A stretch of 48,456 nt of DNA from Catajapyx aquilonaris. Taxonomy: Eukaryota. Made by a program: the position numbers and the translations under genes. Location of the stretch: the NCBI GenBank assembly GCA_000934665.2, contig KZ538773.1, positions 1 to 48,456 on the forward strand, read 5' to 3'. The notes under the pieces are model-generated. The model was not told the DNA's origin and did no database searches. It worked only from the letters and a program-made list of their open reading frames with translations. Below, in pieces: positions 9,870 through 21,600 of the stretch (position 1 is the first letter of the stretch; each line of letters opens with the position of its first letter).

Positions 9870-12800
9870 GTCAGTACTGTTGGTCACTTTGGAGATAACA
9901 TTTTATATGGTAGTTGGATTTTTCCTCATTTTGTGAATGTTGCGTCGAATTACAGTATATCAACTGACGTGTTTATTACCATGAGTACATATAAGACATC
10001 GTACAGTGCGCATTGTGGGCGTCCCATTTGGGGGGAAAAACTAGATGCAAAGGGCATTCATTTATAGACTGACAATACTCATGTTGATGGACAACTATTT
10101 GCGGCGAATGGATTACTCCAACCTGCCGTGAGCGAATGGACAGCCAGACCGAAATAATGCCCGGGAACTGATGGCCGTGCAAATATTTAGTCGCGCGTTT
10201 TTTTTAATCCCTGAGGGTGCAGGTGATGTCACATTGATGACTAATTGTCGCTTTGTCCTTTTTGTTAAACGGAGGGGGCGTGCAATCACCTGATTGCGCT
10301 GATTGTCTACGCAATCGATCAAACGTTCAGTCATTTGTAGGAAAGGGGAAAATCTGACCTTCACTCGTATGGTAATTAATGGCGAATCCTTTTGTGTACA
10401 TGATAAACACACTGGGCTTGTTATGCTTTTGAGCACTGATTAATATTTACAACGTTCATTATTGGATTGTTCAGTAATGTATGCTGGGAGTGGGAATGTA
10501 GGCCCCACTGCTGCAATATATCTCCGTCGTGTTCCTTTTTCTAATTGCAAAAAAAAAATATTCCAGGAAATGCCAAAATTCCAAGCTGCTATAGTGTAGT
10601 AGAAGCCACCGGATATCGGAGATTGTAATCTTCTCAAGCGGAGTTTTAGCACAGCAGCTTCCGAGCTGCAACTTAGGAGCAATCAATGGATATACCTGCT
10701 GGGGAAGAATTACTGGGGCTTGTCTGTGTATACTACGAGGGCTTTACTCGACGCACGCAATTCGAGCTGCAAAATTTAGGGGCCCAAATTACAGAGCGGT
10801 ACAAAAAAAGGGAGATTAAGTTTGGTCATTATTTTTAACCTGCAACAACAGACAAGCTTTGGGGCAATGCACTTTTCCCTATGAGGCTCAACAATGTGGC
10901 TAGTGGCACGACACTGCCATGCTTTCTTAGTTAAACTTAACATTTAATGGCATATAAATATTTAGTACATTTCACTGTAAAGGGTGGCTCCTTTCATACC
11001 CATCTCCCATTTCCTTCCTCATAATTACCCTGGTCCACATGAAAGGCAAACCCTAAAGTAGCTGCTAGAACTGCCTTTAATATCCTGCGAAACTTTGTTC
11101 AAAATTTTAAGGTGGTGCTTTTATTCTAACACTGTTAGAAGATAAAAGGGGGCCACGCCTTCTCTTTTAGCAACACTGAGAGCTTGAAGACAGGTTCGAT
11201 TGGACCAAAACGCAGTCTCGCAGTTGAAAATGAACGAACTGCGAAATCTACGCCGACTTGGGAGCTAATTAAAACTACACCGCAAATTTATGACCTGACA
11301 TCAAGAGCGGTGAGGTCCTCCGCGTACCATTTTCCTGGGGCCTCATTCATCATGCAAAAGCCGAGGCATGGCGAGAAAAGGTCTCATGCACCTGGCCACC
11401 CTCGCTTCGCTGTGAAATTCCATCATGGCGACCTGCCCCCACCTCGCAAAGTATCGTGGCAATGACAGCGTTTACCTCGCGCGAAATTAATTGCCGGTGG
11501 GCCCAGTTAATTGCAATTGTGTGGCACAATAGGGATAATATAGGCAATAGACACGATGGCGTGCCTGGAGGGCGTGTATATAACCAGTCAATGGCGGCCA
11601 GTGTCGCGATGACACAGAGTGTAGTAACAACAAAAAAGAGCTTTGCCAATATTATCGGTTCCACAGAGCCCCGGACTATTCCATACCCCCTGCAGCTAGA
11701 AGTGATATCAATGGCGCGGGGTAATGAGTATCGCTGATGTTGTCAGGCATTAAACGTGATTAACTGGGCTGGGTCAAAATAACTAGCCTTACATTCAATT
11801 ATGAAATAAAACACAACCGATGTAAATATCGGGAGAATAAGTAATTAAAGGGATAATCGTGTCATGCTTTGGAATAACATGCCTTGGTGTATAGGGCCTA
11901 TATGAATTTGGATTATTTCGGCAATCTAGGTTCACTATTTAGTAGTGAACTGGATTATTCGGTCCAACCGGGGTAAGCCGCTGCATCTATTCAGGTCATT
12001 CATATAGTTTCGATCATACATATTCGTAGCGTAATTTTGGTTCGGGGGGGTATTGCGTTTGACAATCCTGATATGTAAAAGCGACAACGCATTTGGCACA
12101 ATGAAATGTGCGTCTGAGGGACATATCAGTTTTGAATGCTTTAAAAAAATCACTTCAGCATGCAAATGAACTGAAGGGTTAGGTACCGGTCCTTCAAAAT
12201 TCGCTTCGTCGGCCTTTCAGAAATGAATTAATGTGCTGCCGCAGTTTGCGGTCGGATGATTATTACTGCGGTTGAAGGACTTCTTTTTTTTCTTTCGTGG
12301 CCCTTTCTGAACGCATGATCGACGCCGAGACACTTTTCGCCGAATTAGTCGCAAGAAAACCCCTTTCAAAAAACACCTCCAAAAAGGATTCTCAAGGCGA
12401 TGCAAATTAATTTTAATTGCACGTTTTCATGCGGATGATAATTAACGGATTTGTCAATTGATGCGTGCTATGATACCGTTTGAATGTAACATGAGTTTTT
12501 TTTGGTGCATGTGCCGCGAAGTTAATCCTATTTTGCAATGGGGGGGGGGGTATTGTACTATGTGCGTACATTGATAATGACGCTTACTGTATACGGCTAG
12601 AATCTCTTAATGCTTTGAAGCTTTACGTTTTCAGAAGCCCCCTGCTTTTGGTCCTTTAATTGAATACGCCCAGCTTTCACGCCCTGTTAAATTTTGATAG
12701 GAGTTATAGCATTCTAGTACGTGTACAGTGCTTAGTGAATTAAAGGCACAAACTGATGTAATATACACACCCATTTCATATAGAAACCGACCATTAGCTC

Positions 12801-15800
12801 GAAGTATACGCAGCATCTTAGGTTTCCGACTACCCCAACGTCTTATGTGTCAGGCCATCTGCGTTTTCTTCTTCATCCGGCAGCCCTGACAGGAATCCCA
12901 TTAAGACGCACTCCAGGTTAGATTTACGCGCTCCATAATCGGCCCTCTCACTGGTGGCCAAAAGATAAAGGCCATGATGGCCACGAAGGCAGAAGGAAAA
13001 ACACTAACGTCATACGCAGATAAAACATGGGTCGTTGCATAATAATCACTCTAGGATATATGGAAGAAGGAAATACAAACACACACTGGAAGGCATATTC
13101 TTTTCTTCTCTGTAAATCTCTCTCCAGGGTGATATCCGCCTCCAGGAGGTCTATCTCTAGAGATATCTAGAGACAAAGCTGAGATTGTTTGCTGAAATCA
13201 AGGCACTTTCTGCACGCTTGGGATGCTTAGCGCGCATCTGCGTCTATCGGCGCTATTTTGCAGTCTTCTTCTGAGGTCCCTGTAGGAGATGTGCAGCTGC
13301 AGGGAGAAAAGTATGGGGGTCAATGCTTGTTTCATGATGCAGTTATAGTGAATCGATACTTCATCCCAGTTTCCAGTAATATTTGACACTGGCAGGCTGG
13401 TGCAGTAGTAAGTGGGCCAAGAAAATAAATTATTTCGAAAATAATAATGCAATAAGCTGTACCAATCTACATATTATTATAAAATGCAAAGTTTGTACCA
13501 TCTCAAGCTTTTATTGGCTTAATGACTATACCCCGGAGTAGTTTACACATTCTGTGATCAATTTCCTTCCACACTGCTACAGTAGATAGTCTAATTAAAT
13601 TAATTACTCTCCCTTTATTATGGTGGTAGCTGGTAATCAACGTAATGGGTGTGGACGGCGTTTCACACAAGAAAAGAGTGATGTATGTGCTAGGCAATTT
13701 TGAAAATTAAATCCCAATCGAATTGACAGGTGCACCACTGGGAAAAAGGATGAGTGACTATAGCCCTGGGGGATTTATAGGCTTTTTGCTGTGGTGGGTG
13801 CATTCATATAATTAATGTATAGGATGTTTACTGTTGATCGCACAGTTTTTTGGTGGTTGGACGTTGGCGAAACCTCACTGTACTTAGGTGTTTACATTCT
13901 GGGCCGGGCATTTATTTATTCACATATACAACCAGAGTACATTGTTTGGAAATGATCACAGATGTTAAATGCATAGAAATATTAAATTTTGTTACAATGC
14001 GTTATAAAATAATTTAACAAGAATGATATGTGGAGAATATTCGATATTATTCACAAGACATGGAGTGCAATTTTTGTGTAAATTGAAGCTTTGAAACCAT
14101 GCTCTGTAGTACAGTGTGATACAGTCTTCCTTCACCTCTAAGAGAATCTTGAGATTTGCATTTTTGCAGAGAAAAAAAGTTTTGGCGGCTTTTATTTTCA
14201 GGGAATGTTCTGAAATTATGGCTTTCGCCCCAAAAGTTTAGTAATATTGTGGAATTGATTTTGGATACGGCTCACTTCTTCTGCAGGTTCAGTAATAAAA
14301 GATGACACGTATTTTCTCCCATACTGTAACTTAAAAGAGCTTCAAATTATATGCAGTAATACTACCACTCTATAACGAACCTTTTCCACAGCGGAAACTT
14401 GTCATTCTCATTCTCGATTCTAATTTGGTTTGGTCCCAAATGAGAATTTTAACGTGTTTCTGTCCATATAATGGATTTCTTTGTGACTTTGTTATAATTC
14501 AGTCCGTCTTCATAAGGGCATTAAATTGTTTAAAGCAGCGTAAGTGTCATATGGTTGTAGTAATTGCATGTGTTTCATGAATATATTACGACAATCAAAT
14601 AAGACCACTTAAAATTAACGACTCCACTAAATTCTTTATTTTCTTCAGTAGACTTCCTGATGGAACACTGTGGAAGTCTATATAAGTCGTTTGTAATCCT
14701 TTTTCGGTCGTCTGACAGACGCACGTGGATTCGCTGGAGTGTGACAGGTAGGGTTGAGCTTATTTTTACAACCTATCCCGTCACATGGATATGACATCCC
14801 TATTCCGGGATAACGTATCTCTTTCGTATCCAAAAATCTAGCTGAAAAAGTACACAAGTAAGGTTCTATCTCAAAGGAGAAGAATCTGGCCACACACTTT
14901 TGCAGCACACGATAGGTTGTCCAGAACTTTGTTTCTAGGACGGTAATTGAAGTAATTGGGCCTCCAAGTTTCCAGTTAGGTCGTAAAACTCGAGACGTAA
15001 ATAAGTTTTAGAGACGCAGTAAAGTTCCCACATAAGGGTTACTAAAATGTTTATGAGTTTAAACAATTTTTGAGCTCTTAAACAATTTCTTTAAGGGAGT
15101 TCCACTTGTGAAGGAAAAAAATTGGAGGAGCTGATAATGGAGCTAAAAGTGGTGAAGATAGAAGCATTTGGATCTTTGCCTCATTTCCGTAGTCGTTTGT
15201 CAACCGGATCTTACGGTTAAGGAAGTGCTTTTGAAGGGGCCTTCTGCGGACCTAATTTCCGTCTCTATCCCGGAACAGTCCGAATTACCCGGAATGTGAC
15301 GATTCGATTGCAGCCTTTGGTCTCAGGTTTCCTCCGCTTTGTTTCCAACCATTAAAATCAATCCTTTGGTTAAGTGCATGGCGCAGGGCGAAAGTGATGA
15401 TGGGGTGTTGGGAGCCACTGCGCAACCTTCCTAAGCGCAGGTGCTACAACGGCGATAATTCTCATTTTGGCGAAATTATTGGCAAAATGATTCCAGACCT
15501 GACACAATGAGAAGGTTGTGCCATAAGTTGCGGCCGGTTCTGTAAAGTCTGAATATTGCATGATGAAGCACTTTTCTACTTTATAATTGGGGTGAATTGA
15601 GCACATTTTATCCCGATTGTTACCAAGTGGAATAGCTAATAATTATATTGTAAATAATGGAATGGAATAATTATCTGAATGTGTCTAAAGTTACCCCAAC
15701 ATTGTGTCCTGGTTTCATGCAGAGCACAGGACAGAAAAAAAAACTGCGAACTTGAAGAGGCCAATTGGGAATGCAAAAACTCTGTTATCAGGACGTCGCC

Positions 15801-17939
15801 ACCTGTACACAATTGTCTTGGACGTGAGGAGACTCACGAAAAAAGGGGGAAAAAGTCCACTCTTTGGAGAAAAAGGGGGGACTATTTCACACCTCCTTTT
15901 TCGTGCTCCGGAAAATCCTTCTAAAAGTCTCCTATGAAAAGAAGGGATCTGGAGTCGGACCACCCGGAGTTCCTAGGGTTCTTTTGGAAGCCATCTTGGC
16001 CCGAATCTTCACCCTAATCCCGTCGGTTGCACTCCGAAGAGAATACGAAGTGTCATTTTATGTTGGCAAATGCATCATGGAGGAACAGGACATTGTTCAT
16101 GTGCAGAGTGAAAAATTGCTGCCGTTAAAGTGTACCACGTAACCTTTTTGTACGACTGTCGCGGAATCCCTTGCAAATGGAGCACACTGTGAGAGGAGTT
16201 CACATTTTCATAAGTGGATATCTTTTTTTTAAAAATGTATGCAAAATAATATGGCGGGACACTGCTAATTACCAAGTTGATATTAGTCTACTGTAATTTC
16301 TGCAGTATGCAAATATCATTTATTACACCCTGATTCATTGCCTTTGTTTTAACAGTCCTGCAGCTGAGTACTCATAGGGGCACACATATAGTGTAATTAG
16401 GCAGCGTTAGCCCACAAGTTTTCACTCTCTCGGGTAACCCGCACGCTAATTAAGCGATCCAACATCAGTGCTTACGACTCTGCTTCATCAAGTTGCTTAG
16501 TGCTAAGCCCAGTTCTGAAAATATGGGAAGGAAACACCACAAATGTTAATATCCATCCTATAAACCGCATTACACAACACGTAACAAGTACCTCTTCTAA
16601 AAATTGCACATCTTGATCTTGACCTTTCGCCAATAAACAAAATTTGCAAACTCTATTTTTCCGTGTGTGTAAATAAACGTTACGTCCAGGTGGAACGCGT
16701 TTTGGACCACGTCCAGTACCTAAATGGGTTAATGTATAGCGAGAAAAAATGGTTTGAAAAAAAAAAATCCCACACCCTAGAAACCCGGGCCTTTTGCCAA
16801 CGTTATTGCCAAGTTTTTGGTAGGGGTTAGAACTCGGGATGCAGCAAAAGGAAAGGCGTGCCCTGGGAGTCAAATGGGACTAGGGGACACACAAACCCAA
16901 GCCCCACCACCAGCCCTCGTCTCTTCTCTTCCCGTTGTGTCACCCAAATCAATATGGAGAGTAAAAGTGGGCGAACATGGGGCGGGGGCGGAGAGGCCTG
17001 TTTTCTGTGCAATTTCGCCCCAAATTTGAATTTATGGTCATGACTGGCGGGGGTTCTTTGGAAGGATTGTCATCATTGGCCAGTGAAATATTTTGAAATT
17101 GTGTGTGTAAACAATTCGTTCCTGCAGTGTTAGAACTATTAAACGCAAGAAATTCTTGTTTGAACCCANCCCCCCCCCCCCCCCCCAAAAAAAAAAAAAA
17201 TGTTTATTTTTGAAAGTAATGGAGATTTGTTAAAGGTACGAGGCTGACAGGTTTCAATGTGTCGACGTTGATGCAATATGTACCTGCCCATTAAGCTGTC
17301 TTCTTTAAACAGCGAGTGCTTTGAAAGTAAAGGATCAAGGGGTGACTGTAAGCCCTTTGAAAACGTATCAAGGAGATGTTGGCACCTATCAAAGGACTGA
17401 CGTGTTCTGGTTATAATTCTCGAAATTGTCGCACAAGGAATGGAATTCACAACCTAGCAAAACTATGCAGATACTGTATACCTTGCACGTGCAATTATTC
17501 CAACAATATTGCATAGACAGCGCAAATTTGTGGAATGAAATGCCAATACAGTATACTTTTCCACTTTCGGTCCAAGGACCCTGATACAGTATATTTAAAG
17601 TCCACGTGCCTACAGTAGGTACCCAACATTCAATTTTAGAGTTTCCAGATAGTACAGTGCAGAGCAGCACACCATAACATCTTCAGAGTCCAGAAGTTGG
17701 CGGAATCATCCCGCCACATGTATCATTACGAGGTCTTTTCCCGTCGAAAGAGGAACCACCCGTCTCCATCAGAGTGTCACATTACATACCATAACGCAGA
17801 TAAGCATCTCCGCAAATCCTAGAAACATGGCAACACTTTGGCAAACTATTTTGGCACGGGTTCTCACACCAGCAAAAAAGAAGCCAGAAGCTAGAAGTAG
17901 GGCAGTAATGCCGAGAAGAGAGCCAGAAGCAGTTCGACA

Positions 17940-18408
17940 ATGCGAAGTCCGGAACCTCCCGGTACGCGATACCATTTCCAAGTGAACGTGCACAAATCGA
18001 AAGACACCTCCAGATCCTCCATTTCATCCGGATCCCTGACCCGACCATGCTCCTTCTCGGCTTCCCTGCCCGGAAAATGGCGTGGACCAGCCCCTGTGGT
18101 CAAGGTCACCGCAAGTTTCAGCGAATCCAGGAAATCCGGGACGGACAGCAGCATCAGACATGTTGTGGCCCGGAGCCAAACCTGTCCTACGATGGAAGTA
18201 CGGCAGCCTCCTCCGGATATCAGGATATACTCGCCTACAAGTCCGGTGAATACGGGTGTTTCGTGGAGGTCAGTGCCTCGTCCTAAGACGATGGTGATGG
18301 AGACCATAGCCGAGAAGGAGAGGAAGGAGAATGTGAATCCGGATCGTGGGAAGAAGTCCAGGAAGAGGAAGGTTGTCCGAAAGAGGAGGAAGAGCCGTCG
18401 AAATGATG
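17940..18408 (+). CDS. Probable first coding exon of downstream block (MRSPEPPG...RKRRKSRRND)
   Basis: GC-rich 156-codon ORF, acaATG start, in-frame TAG at 17898. Donor ATG|gtacac is weak, but phase 1 matches acceptor 38420. Confidence 0.65.
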
Positions 18409-18477
18409 GTACACTTTATTTGATTATTTACTGAAAACTTATACTTGGTGTACACATACTTGTCTCAGTAATTACTG

Positions 18478-18639
18478 CCGTACCAAGGTAAAACACCCTA
18501 ACTTGAAAACTAGTAAGGATGAAAGTCGCATGCACGCCCTGCACTAATCCCCTCTGAGTCAGGGGGGGATTAGTGCAGGGCGTGCATGAGACTTTCACCC
18601 TTACTAGTTTTCAAGTTAGGGTGTTTTACCTTGGGACGG
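18478..18639. repeat. 162-bp near-perfect palindrome (probable hairpin MITE)
   Basis: Arms of about 80 bp (ccgtaccaaggtaaaacaccctaacttgaaaactagtaagg... / ...ccttactagttttcaagttagggtgttttaccttgggacgg) with 4 mismatches and one indel, centre TGAGTCA. Confidence 0.95.
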
Positions 18640-21600
18640 TTTATCACACTAATTTTGTAAAATTTTGCATAATGTGTTTACATGAACTAAATGTTTGCCT
18701 GGCATTGTATAGCCTATTTATAATAATTTTTCAAATAGTTTGGATAAAGCGTGTACAGTATGTTGTTGAAGTCAGTGTCCTCTCAGTTGGAATGAAGGAA
18801 TGCAGAGACCATGCAATAATTTTTGTGCGAGGTTTCTTAAAATAGGGACCGAGGTTCCTTGTTGAGGTAGGGGCAAGTGGCTTAAGTTAATTAGTCGGTG
18901 CGAGTTTGTCAGATATTTTAAATTGATGTTTCTTAGAGCAAAATTGGGTTTAAACTTATGACTGGACGGTTTTAGTATGAAAATGTTGGTTTTGATTGAT
19001 GGCCTGCAAACTTTCCCATTACCAACTTTCATATTATAGTAGGTTCGAACACTTTTCATTAATCAACTGCGGAAACCTCGATTGCTGCACTGTGGCCATT
19101 GTACTGTACCTCTGTATAGATTTTATTTTTTTGAAACATCGTTCTCCAGCATGATTGGTTTCATTGTTGATGCCTAATTTCAATGGCGCATATAAAAATT
19201 TTCGGAAAGAGTAATGCAACACAGATGATCGAAACACGGAATTGGAAACCCACAAACATACAATTAAATTAATTAAAAAGCACCGCAACACCTTTCCCGA
19301 AACCACGATAACATGCATAGCAAACAAGCTCCATATCATCATATTTTCGTATATAAGCGACCGCATTTAAAAGGTTCAGCGCATTTATTGAGCAATTACA
19401 CCTCGAGTGAAGCATCGCCTTTTGTGGGTCTTGAAACGCGAACCGCTAATTCCATTCCTCGCTGATGAAAAGTCTCATTTGCATGTGATATGTGTGGTAC
19501 TATTCCCCGTGAAAACCAGAGCAACATGTGCAATAAATGAATAGATTTAAAACGTGCAGGATTCGCTCAAAAGTTTTCTTCTACTATTTTTTTTCTTCCA
19601 ACCACGTATTCTTAGAGTGCTTCCCACCTGCAATTGGAGCGGTTATTGAGTTTTGTGCTATCTCTTTCTCATTTCCCGACAGTTAAAGAAGATAGAAAGT
19701 CAATTATGGCCTGGAGCCTGAAAAAAGATTGTGGGAGGAAAAGGAAGATGTCTGTGGAATTGCAGTTCCACGTCCTGTGTGCACAGATTTTAATAACCTT
19801 GATCCTGCTCTCAGGCAAATTACAGTTCTCTATAACATACTCGGAATTATTACTGTGGAATAAAAATGAAATCCTGCTCTTTTGATAGCATCTTAAAGCC
19901 GGATCATTATTATGCTCGGAAGGAGACTGCTGAAAATTAATCAGCAGGATAGGCACGTAACCGTGCTTAGTCATTACGTAATTTCATTATCTACATTGTT
20001 GTCATTACAAACTGCGGATAACATCATGAGTAGGTCATGATGATATTTTCCAAACATCTTTTTGATTTCTGGAAATTGCCAGAAAATTAGCTGATGCACA
20101 TAACGTATATGTTTATGCAGTGGAATGAATACTTTTATGTACAGTACGTGTGTATTATAGGGCATTGATTGTGTACAAATTGACATTTTATGCACCCAAT
20201 TTTGACATTTTTATTCACAAGCACAATGTGAATAAAATTATGCAGAATTCTGAATAATCTGGATATGTCAGTTCAAAATTTTTTGTAGCTCCGTAACAAT
20301 CAGTGTGCTAAAACTCTTTCAAACAGCTATTGGAAGCCACTACTTACCACTAATTGCCAAGGAAAAAAGAATGGCTTTCAACCCTGTAGTGGCCAATTTG
20401 GCAAGGACATTCTCACAGTCGGGTGTCCTCCTTTTACCTCGTCCACCTAGCCTATAGCTTCTTCGTTCTTTTCTCCTCTTCTTTCACTGAAAAAAAAGCA
20501 GACTCTGCGCTAATGAAGCACGTCCCCCCTGAACTTCTCTCCATTCGTGTTTGCTGGTCTGGAAGCTCCAGATTTATTTTCTCTCTGGGTCTCTCCCCAG
20601 TAAAGAGGTTGCTGGAGGAGAAAACCCTGTGGAACATGGCCAGGGTTTTATGAGTGTTGCGTGTTGGAAAGAGGTTTCCCCCTCTGGGTTGTCTTGGTCA
20701 AGGGAGACAAAAAGGCTGACTCGTAATGGCCACCATTTTGGGTCTGGCTGGACACACCAAATGGCACACTTTGGTGCTATTTGGGTCCTCCTTGACTTGA
20801 TGCTCTGGGAGGTGTTTTAATATATGCGGGATTGGACGCTTTTTAAAGTAATTATGTGTTTTTTTGGGGTGGATGGAAAGAGTGTAATTTACGTCGGTCG
20901 TTTGGGTAAATTAAATGGGGGTTAAGTTGGCAAGGGCTGTGTCAGTCCTGGGGTTTTAGTGAGGCGAAACTTTTGTTTGGACGGGCTTTTTGTAATTTTG
21001 GGCTTCTAATTTTAGGAGCTGGAAGTTTTGAGGAGAAACAGGTGGTTTTTATGTGTTGGCTGGAGATGTAGTTGTGAGGTAGGCTTCTACAGGATGGTGC
21101 ACAGCCAAAGTCCACTGAAGAAGTTATTGTTCAAATACCTGCGCTAATTCCTGATTGTTATTGCGATTCCTGATTGCTAATTCCCTGGTCGTTTCCCTTT
21201 TAAAATATTTAAAAAGTTCTGCGAACAGGGGATTTGATGAGTTCACTACCCTGTAAGCCTATATACATGATGAACTACTTCGTCTCGTTGGAAATGAAAA
21301 TAGGTTTGATGTAAAGCCATGAAATAATGAGATTTCGACTCTTCATACAGTAATTTTCAATCCTCTGTGCGATTATGCAGTGAGTTTTGAATTCCCATTC
21401 ATTAACATTTCGTCTGTGAATATACCGTCTCATATAGTCGATGTAAATCAAAAGTGGAATTGATGTAGTGTCGTCATAGCTTCAGCACGGTCCGTATATT
21501 TACCAGCGAAAATATAGGTTCTATGAAATATACTCTAATATTGATACTGTAGGCGTCTACGGGGTCTCTGAAACAAGATTTACAGACTCTAGTTTACCCA

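Noticed and set aside
14350..14550. Possible decayed pogo-like MITE (cactctataacg...gttataa)
   Set aside because: Termini do not match well enough to call
9900..17600. Numerous 60-130 aa ORFs in the track here and at 18.6-38.3 kb and 40-45 kb
   Set aside because: Mostly non-ATG starts, no domain motifs, no consistent exon chain; no nested gene could be supported
17718..17939. Three in-frame TAG stops upstream of ATG 17940 as readthrough or recoding
   Set aside because: Other frames in the locus use the standard code; a 5' UTR with uORFs is simpler
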